NCBI GenBank assembly: GCA_964506225.1
Contig: CAZDKH010000004.1
Location: 3,262-67,261 of the forward strand
Reading direction: 5' to 3'
DNA: 64,000 nt
Source: an uncultured Gammaproteobacteria bacterium
GTDB taxonomy: Bacteria > Patescibacteriota > Microgenomatia > UBA8517
Of the stretch, positions 58,215 to 64,000 are shown one piece after another. Below the pieces are notes generated by a model. That model did not search any database and was not told the DNA's origin. It saw only the letters and a list, made by a program, of their open reading frames with translations. Within the stretch, counting starts at the first letter, position 1. Each line of letters starts with the position of its first letter. The position numbers and the translations under genes are program-made.

Positions 58215-59216
58215 ATGTTTGCTTCAGCAAGAATAAAACTCACTGCCTTGTACCTTACCATAATAATGCTTATTAGCTTTGCGTTTAGCGCAATTATCTA
58301 CAAGGGTGTGGAATCAGAGCTTAATAGAAGGTTTGAAGTTTTCGAGCGCAGGCTTGAGGTTGAAGAAATTAGGTTTAGACCCGGCTACATTAGAATCAGA
58401 CAATTTTTGCTGGATGATTTGAACGATGCAAAACACCGAGTGCTTCTTTTTTTAGTTTATGTTAACTTGGGGATTCTTGCCTTTTCCGGAATTGCGGGTT
58501 TTGTTTTGTCGGGAATAACCTTAAAACCAATCCAGGTGGCGATGGATGAGCAAAAACGTTTTGTAGGAGATGCATCCCATGAACTAAGAACCCCGCTAAC
58601 CGCGCTTCGCACAAGTATAGAAGTTGCCCTAAGAGACAAAAAAATGCGTCTTGGTCAAGCCAAAAAGGTTTTAAAAGGAAGTTTGGATGATATTTCCAGA
58701 CTTGAAGATCTTTCGACAAATTTACTTGAACTGGCAAGGCATGAATCAGGTGGCAAGAAAGCTTTTGAAAAAATTGATTTATCTGAAATATTAGAAAGAG
58801 TTTACAAAAAACTCAAGCCTTTATCGCTTATTAAAAAAATAAAAATGAGTTTATCCACTGAGAAAGTTTTCTTTATGGGCGATAAAGAAGCGATAGAAAA
58901 GCTGATAAGCATTTTAACGGACAATGCAATCAAATATACCCCTCGGGGCGGGAAAATATGGTTGAGTGTGGTGAAAGAGGGTAGATTTGCCCGAATAACA
59001 GTTAAAGACACAGGGATTGGTATAGCTAAAAAAGAGATTCCTCATATTTTTGATCGTTTTTACAGAACCGATTCTTCCAGAACAAGGGTTGAGACAAGCG
59101 GGTTTGGCCTGGGGCTTGCTATTGCCAAGAAAATAGTTGAGGAGTATAAAGGTTCAATAGACGTCAAAAGCGAATTGGGTCAAGGTTCTGTCTTCACTGT
59201 AAGACTTCCGCTTTGA
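58215..59216 (+). CDS. sensor histidine kinase
   Basis: two TM helices; ASHELRTP, DNAIKY, DTGIGI, GFGLGLAI. Confidence 0.95.
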   Translation: MFASARIKLTALYLTIIMLISFAFSAIIYKGVESELNRRFEVFERRLEVEEIRFRPGYIRIRQFLLDDLNDAKHRVLLFLVYVNLGILAFSGIAGFVLSGITLKPIQVAMDEQKRFVGDASHELRTPLTALRTSIEVALRDKKMRLGQAKKVLKGSLDDISRLEDLSTNLLELARHESGGKKAFEKIDLSEILERVYKKLKPLSLIKKIKMSLSTEKVFFMGDKEAIEKLISILTDNAIKYTPRGGKIWLSVVKEGRFARITVKDTGIGIAKKEIPHIFDRFYRTDSSRTRVETSGFGLGLAIAKKIVEEYKGSIDVKSELGQGSVFTVRLPL

Positions 59217-59281
59217 TTTTTTAAGCATTTTCTCAATTTGTTTTAGTAAAGTTTCCAAAGACAGAAAGGAGGTGAAGAAGA

Positions 59282-59746
59282 ATGGCTAAAAAACTTGTTA
59301 TTCCGACATTTTTGCTAGCAGCCCTAATTACAGTTGTTTTGTATGGATCAAATCAGGTTAGGGCGGAGGATAGTTTTGATTATCCACCGATTGTTACAAG
59401 ACTTGCCGAGCGCTTTGGGGTAAAAGAGGAAGATGTCAAGGAAGTTTTTGAGCAGATTAGGTCCGAGCATCAGGCGGAAATGCAAAAAAGGTTTGAGGAA
59501 AGACTTACCCAGGCAGTGACCGATGGAAAAATAACCGAGGTTCAAAAGAACGCTCTTTTAGAAAAACATCAAGAAATGGTGGCAGATAGGGAAGCAAGAC
59601 GTTTGCAAGAGAGAGAAGAATTTGAGAATTGGGCGGCGCAAGAGGGCCTAAGTCTTGAGACACTCAGAGAAATCTTCCCGGGCCTTGGCTTTGTACATAT
59701 AGGAGGTAGGAGAATGGTGGGTTATTGCTTGAGCAAAGGGGAATAG
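59282..59746 (+). CDS. hypothetical secreted helical protein
   Basis: strong SD AGGAGGTG; signal peptide; LTQAVTDGKITEVQK motif. Confidence 0.78.
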   Translation: MAKKLVIPTFLLAALITVVLYGSNQVRAEDSFDYPPIVTRLAERFGVKEEDVKEVFEQIRSEHQAEMQKRFEERLTQAVTDGKITEVQKNALLEKHQEMVADREARRLQEREEFENWAAQEGLSLETLREIFPGLGFVHIGGRRMVGYCLSKGE

Positions 59747-59766
59747 GATTGATTCGGGTACCAAAG

Positions 59767-59800
59767 AAAGACCCCGCAGTCGCGGGGTCTTTTGTTTTTT
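59767..59800 (+). terminator. intrinsic terminator
   Basis: AAAGACCCCGC-AGTC-GCGGGGTCTTT followed by a T-rich tail. Confidence 0.85.
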
Positions 59801-59839
59801 CAGTTTTTTCTCAGAAACAAAGTGTTAGAATACATGCAT

Positions 59840-61042
59840 ATGGATAAGTTAAGAGCCTTTTTGGGCTGGTTTTTAAAAGACAAAAAAAGAATTGCAGCGG
59901 CGGTTATAGTTGTTATCTTAGCCTTGTTTTTATACCAGAGATTCTTTGCCAAAAAATCTGAAGAAGTTAATATCCAAACTGCGAAAGTGGAGAGAGGAAC
60001 CATCGTTTCTTCAATTAGTGCCTCTGGAGTAGTTCTCTCGTCACATATAACCCATGTCACAACTAAGGCAAGCGGTATTGTATCCAAGGTCTATGTGACT
60101 GATGGAGAGAAAGTCCAAGCCGGTCAGAAGCTGGCTGAGATTGACTTTGATCCTCAGGGAAAGCAAAATTACCTATCGGCATACTCAAGCTATATAAGTG
60201 CAGTTAACTCTCTTAATTCTGCCAGAAACGCTTATCGCTCAACACAGGCGTCTTTGGCTGTCGTCTATGATCAGATAAAAGGCCACGATACCGATGAAAC
60301 TTTAGAGATGAAGGAAACTCGCACCAAAGCAGAAGTTGCAAATGATAATGCCTATGATGCTCTAAAGCTAGCGGAAGCAAAGCTTGCCGCCGCGGCCCTG
60401 GAGTACCAAAACTACGCTTCTGTCATAATCTCACCGGTTTCTGGAACCATAAGAAGTTTAACTATAGCAGTCGGGATGAATATTGAATCTGCCACAACAA
60501 GCCAGAGAGTAGCTTCGATTGTCAGTGGGGGAACACCTCTTGCATCTTTTAATGTCTCCGAAATTGATGTTTCTCAAATAAAGCCGGGTCTAAAAGCGAC
60601 GATTACCATTGATGCGCTAAGCGACAAAACATTCACAGGAAGTGTTGTAAGTATTGATAGAGTAGGGACAACAACAAACAATGTTACAAATTACCCGGTG
60701 ATTATAAAGTTTGATACTGAGGTGCCAGAGATTTTGCCCAATATGGCGGCATCTGCCAATATCATAATTGAAACAAAAAGTGATTGTTTAGTTGTTCCTG
60801 CAAATGCGATTCGCAATATCTCCGGACAGACAGTGGTCAGAGTAGTAAGAGATGGGCAGGATCAAAATGTGGTTGTTGAAACTGGGATCTCGGATGATAC
60901 GAAAACCGAGATAATATCAGGATTATCCGAAGGTGAGACTGTTATTATCGAAACATCCTCAATTTCCTCCACAACCCAAACTTTTAGGAGTGGTGGCTTC
61001 ATCTTTCCTGGTGGAGGATCACGCTTAGAGACAAGAAGATGA
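59840..61042 (+). CDS. MacA/HlyD-like efflux periplasmic adaptor subunit
   Basis: TM anchor; lipoyl-like V..GEKVQAGQKL, IISPVSG; TAGAAT 8 nt before ATG 59840. Confidence 0.88.
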   Translation: MDKLRAFLGWFLKDKKRIAAAVIVVILALFLYQRFFAKKSEEVNIQTAKVERGTIVSSISASGVVLSSHITHVTTKASGIVSKVYVTDGEKVQAGQKLAEIDFDPQGKQNYLSAYSSYISAVNSLNSARNAYRSTQASLAVVYDQIKGHDTDETLEMKETRTKAEVANDNAYDALKLAEAKLAAAALEYQNYASVIISPVSGTIRSLTIAVGMNIESATTSQRVASIVSGGTPLASFNVSEIDVSQIKPGLKATITIDALSDKTFTGSVVSIDRVGTTTNNVTNYPVIIKFDTEVPEILPNMAASANIIIETKSDCLVVPANAIRNISGQTVVRVVRDGQDQNVVVETGISDDTKTEIISGLSEGETVIIETSSISSTTQTFRSGGFIFPGGGSRLETRR

Positions 61043-61746
61043 GTCTAATTCAGATAAAAAATATTAGCAAAATTTATAAAGCGGGTGAGGTGGAAGTGAA
61101 AGCTCTGGATGATGTTTCTTTTGAGATTCAGAGGGGAGAATTTGTTGCAATAATGGGTCCTTCGGGAAGTGGAAAATCAACCTTGATGCATATTATTGGG
61201 GCTTTGGATAAACCAACTTCAGGACAATATTTTTTGGACGGTGTAAATATTGAGTCAAGAAGCGATGATGAATTGGCTGAGATCAGAAATAAAAAAATTG
61301 GTTTTGTTTTTCAGGTATATAATCTTTTGCCAAGGTTGTCCGCCCTAAAAAACGTTATGATACCCATGATCTATGGGGGAATTAGTCGCGACAAAAGGGA
61401 GAAAATAGCCCGAGAATATTTAGGGATGGTCGGTTTGGGAGATAGACTAACGCACACTGCGTCCCAACTTTCAGGAGGACAACAACAAAGAGTAGCAATT
61501 GCCAGAGCTTTAGTCATGGATCCAAGTATTCTTTTAGCCGATGAGCCAACCGGCAATATTGCAACAGATCAGGCAGAGGAAATTATGAAAATTTTTCAGG
61601 GTTTAAATAAAAAGGGACATACGATTTTGATGATTACCCATGAATCAGAAATTGCAAGATATGCAAAAAGGGTTATACATCTTAGAGATGGGAAAATTGT
61701 TAATGATAGTAAAAACAAAAAGCAAAAGGGGACAAATGGATTATAA
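61039..61746 (+). CDS. ABC transporter ATP-binding protein (MacB/LolD family)
   Basis: [30 protein letters not shown]. Confidence 0.95.
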   Translation: MSLIQIKNISKIYKAGEVEVKALDDVSFEIQRGEFVAIMGPSGSGKSTLMHIIGALDKPTSGQYFLDGVNIESRSDDELAEIRNKKIGFVFQVYNLLPRLSALKNVMIPMIYGGISRDKREKIAREYLGMVGLGDRLTHTASQLSGGQQQRVAIARALVMDPSILLADEPTGNIATDQAEEIMKIFQGLNKKGHTILMITHESEIARYAKRVIHLRDGKIVNDSKNKKQKGTNGL

Positions 61747-62956
61747 AGAGCTTCTTGTGGAAAGCTTAATAAGCTTAGCGCTGAACAAAGTTCGGACAGC
61801 ACTTGCAATGCTTGGTGTGATTATTGGTATTGGAAGCGTAATAGCCCTGGTGTCGCTTGGACAAGCTTCTCAAAAATCGGTCACAAACTCAATTCAATCA
61901 TTGGGTACAAATTTATTGACTATCCTACCCGGCTCTCAACAGGCCGGGGGAGTCAGAAGTGCTAGTTTTGTGACCACCTTGACATATGACGACGCAAGGG
62001 CAATTGCTGAGTCAAACCAAATCACTTCTATCAATAAAGTTTCCGCAGAATATCAAGCCAGAGCCCAAATAACGGCAGGTAAAAACAACACAAACACTCA
62101 AGTTATCGGCGTTTTACCAACATATTTTGAGATTAGAAATATCAAACTTGAAAGTGGGGTATTTATCGCGCAAAAACATAATGATGGTTTAAGTAAAGTT
62201 GCAATTATAGGACCGACAACTGCCGAGGACCTTTTTGGTCAAGGGATAGACCCGGTCGGTAAAAGTATTCGGATAAATGGACAGGTATTCAATGTTATCG
62301 GTGTAGCGAGTCCGCGGGGAGGTAGCGGTTTTTTTAGCCAGGATGATATTGTTTATATACCCTTAACAACAGCTCAAAAGCTTCTTTTTGGTGTTGATTA
62401 TGTATCTTCTATTTCCTTGAGCGCAAAAAGTGAGGATGTTGTGGATCAAGCAGAACAGGAGATCACAAATTTGCTTTTGAATCGACATAAAATAAAAAAT
62501 GTGGAGTTGGCTGATTTTCGAATTCAGTCACAAGAAGATATCTTATCAACCGCAACCTCGATAACCGCAACCTTTACAACACTTTTATCCGGTATTGCAG
62601 CAATCTCTTTGGTTGTAGGGGGAATTGGAATAATGAATATAATGCTTGTGACAGTTACCGAACGCACACGAGAGATAGGGCTTAGGAAAGCCTTGGGAGC
62701 TAAAAAGAAGGTTATAATTAATCAATTTTTAATCGAGGCAGTCTGCATCACTTTTATTGGGGGAGTAATTGGAACTGCTTTGGGGATTGGTATTTCTTAT
62801 ATTCTGTCCAGTTCTATGAATTTAGAATTTGTTGTTTCTCTTCCTGCAATTTTTTTGGCCTTTGGGGTTTCAGCCGGGGTGGGAATAATTTTTGGTTGGT
62901 ATCCTGCTCAAAAAGCGGCAAAGCTTGAACCAATAGAAGCTCTTAGATATGAATAA
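61736..62956 (+). CDS. ABC transporter permease (MacB/FtsX family)
   Basis: LGVIIGIGSV, GGIGIMNIML..VTERTREIG, PIEALRYE. Confidence 0.95.
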   Translation: MDYKELLVESLISLALNKVRTALAMLGVIIGIGSVIALVSLGQASQKSVTNSIQSLGTNLLTILPGSQQAGGVRSASFVTTLTYDDARAIAESNQITSINKVSAEYQARAQITAGKNNTNTQVIGVLPTYFEIRNIKLESGVFIAQKHNDGLSKVAIIGPTTAEDLFGQGIDPVGKSIRINGQVFNVIGVASPRGGSGFFSQDDIVYIPLTTAQKLLFGVDYVSSISLSAKSEDVVDQAEQEITNLLLNRHKIKNVELADFRIQSQEDILSTATSITATFTTLLSGIAAISLVVGGIGIMNIMLVTVTERTREIGLRKALGAKKKVIINQFLIEAVCITFIGGVIGTALGIGISYILSSSMNLEFVVSLPAIFLAFGVSAGVGIIFGWYPAQKAAKLEPIEALRYE

Positions 62957-62964
62957 AAAGAAAG

Positions 62965-63375
62965 GTGGTGATTTTAGTGAATAAAAATATTTTGATTAGC
63001 ATTATTTTTGGGGTGATTGGAATTGGAGCTGGATTTTTTGCCGGAATGAAATATCAGGAGAGTAAACTCCCAAACTTTACCAGACAATTGGGAAATAATC
63101 AGGGTCCAAGGGTCACGGGTAATAACACGACAAGAGCAGGTTTTCGGCCTTTCTCAGGAGAAATAATTTCAGGCGATGAAAAATCTATTACGCTTAAACT
63201 GCCAGATGGCAGTAGTAAAATAGTTTTCTTTACTGAAAATACTAAAATTAATAAAGCAGAGGAAAAAGCAAAAGAGGATTTAAAAACGGGAGAAGAGGTG
63301 ATGGTTTTTGGGCAAGAGAATTCAGATGGGAGTGTAACTGCCCAGAATATCCAGCTAAATCAGGCCCTAAGGTAA
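62965..63375 (+). CDS. hypothetical membrane-anchored OB-fold-like protein
   Basis: TM GFFAGMKY; GEII..SITLKLPDGSSKIV..DGSVTAQNIQL. Confidence 0.72.
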   Translation: MVILVNKNILISIIFGVIGIGAGFFAGMKYQESKLPNFTRQLGNNQGPRVTGNNTTRAGFRPFSGEIISGDEKSITLKLPDGSSKIVFFTENTKINKAEEKAKEDLKTGEEVMVFGQENSDGSVTAQNIQLNQALR

Positions 63376-63428
63376 CTTTCTCATTCCCTTTGGTGATAAA
63401 ATTAGAATAAGTAAACTTTGGTTTTGAG

Positions 63429-64000
63429 ATGAAGTCTTTTGTTTTAGTCTCGACTTATCCGCCAAGGCGATGCGGTATTGCCACTTTCAGCCGAGATCTT
63501 CTTGAGGCAACAAAAAAGATTAGTTTATCTAGATTTGACTTCAAGGTGGCAGCAATAGAAAATTCTCTCTCTCCAGTTAAAAGATATCCAAAAGAGGTAA
63601 GTTGGGTGGTCAGTCAAGAAGATAAAAGGGGCTATATAAAACTGGCAGAATCGGTAAATGAGCTAGCAGATGTGATAGCTGTGATTATTCAGCATGAATA
63701 TGGAATCTTCGGTGGGGAATTCGGGTCTTATCTTCTTGAGTTTACAGGCAGGATTAATAAACCAATTATTACCGCTTTTCATACAGTTTTGCCTTCTCCG
63801 GATAAGAAGATGAAGCGGATTACACAAAAGATTATTGACGATTCTAGTAAAGTTATCGTTATGTCTGAGGATTCCAGGCGTCTTCTTCTTGATAATTTTA
63901 TCATTAGTTCCAAAAGTAAAGTTTGTGTGATTCCGCACGGGATTCATCCAGTCATCTTTCAAGACAATCTGCCAATAAAAGCTAGATTGGGATTGCCGGC
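63429..64000 (+). CDS. glycosyltransferase family 4, partial (runs off the window; not in ORF track)
   Basis: MKSFVLVSTYPPRRCGIATFS...IQHEYGIFGG...VIPHG. Confidence 0.88.
   Translation, partial: MKSFVLVSTYPPRRCGIATFSRDLLEATKKISLSRFDFKVAAIENSLSPVKRYPKEVSWVVSQEDKRGYIKLAESVNELADVIAVIIQHEYGIFGGEFGSYLLEFTGRINKPIITAFHTVLPSPDKKMKRITQKIIDDSSKVIVMSEDSRRLLLDNFIISSKSKVCVIPHGIHPVIFQDNLPIKARLGLP

Noticed and set aside
63663-63962. 99-aa minus-strand ORF
   Set aside because: Antisense to the partial GT4 gene starting at 63429.

Overview
64 kb of low-GC bacterial chromosome, translation table 11, with the gene content and style of a reduced Patescibacteria/CPR genome (Microgenomates-like; inferred from content, not searched). 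The housekeeping backbone is rplA-rplK, nusG-secE, rnhB, rpsU, tRNA-Trp/Thr/Tyr/Thr, rpmG, rpmB, fmt-def, mreB-PBP2-dprA-topA, a thymidylate/folate cluster, rpsB-tsf-frr, rseP-proS, dnaX-ybaB-recR, cysS, tgt, and a two-component system with a MacAB-type ABC exporter. Accessory genes and pseudogenes interrupt it repeatedly. Highlights not in the ORF track: (1) a 15-aa Cys-rich leader peptide with a complete 1:2/2:3/3:4 attenuator upstream of cysS; (2) a relic second copy of the rplA 3' end, differing almost only at synonymous sites, which marks serial gene insertion at rplA; (3) an NMP kinase / GT-A / nucleotidyltransferase / YjjX-Nudix island; (4) 7-8 nt tandem repeats both between genes and in frame inside core proteins; (5) a probable 6S RNA; (6) a gene flanked by palindromic direct repeats; (7) a shared operator-like motif in front of the response regulator and the efflux genes; (8) widespread leaderless promoters. 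No CRISPR array, integrase, transposase or rRNA was seen.
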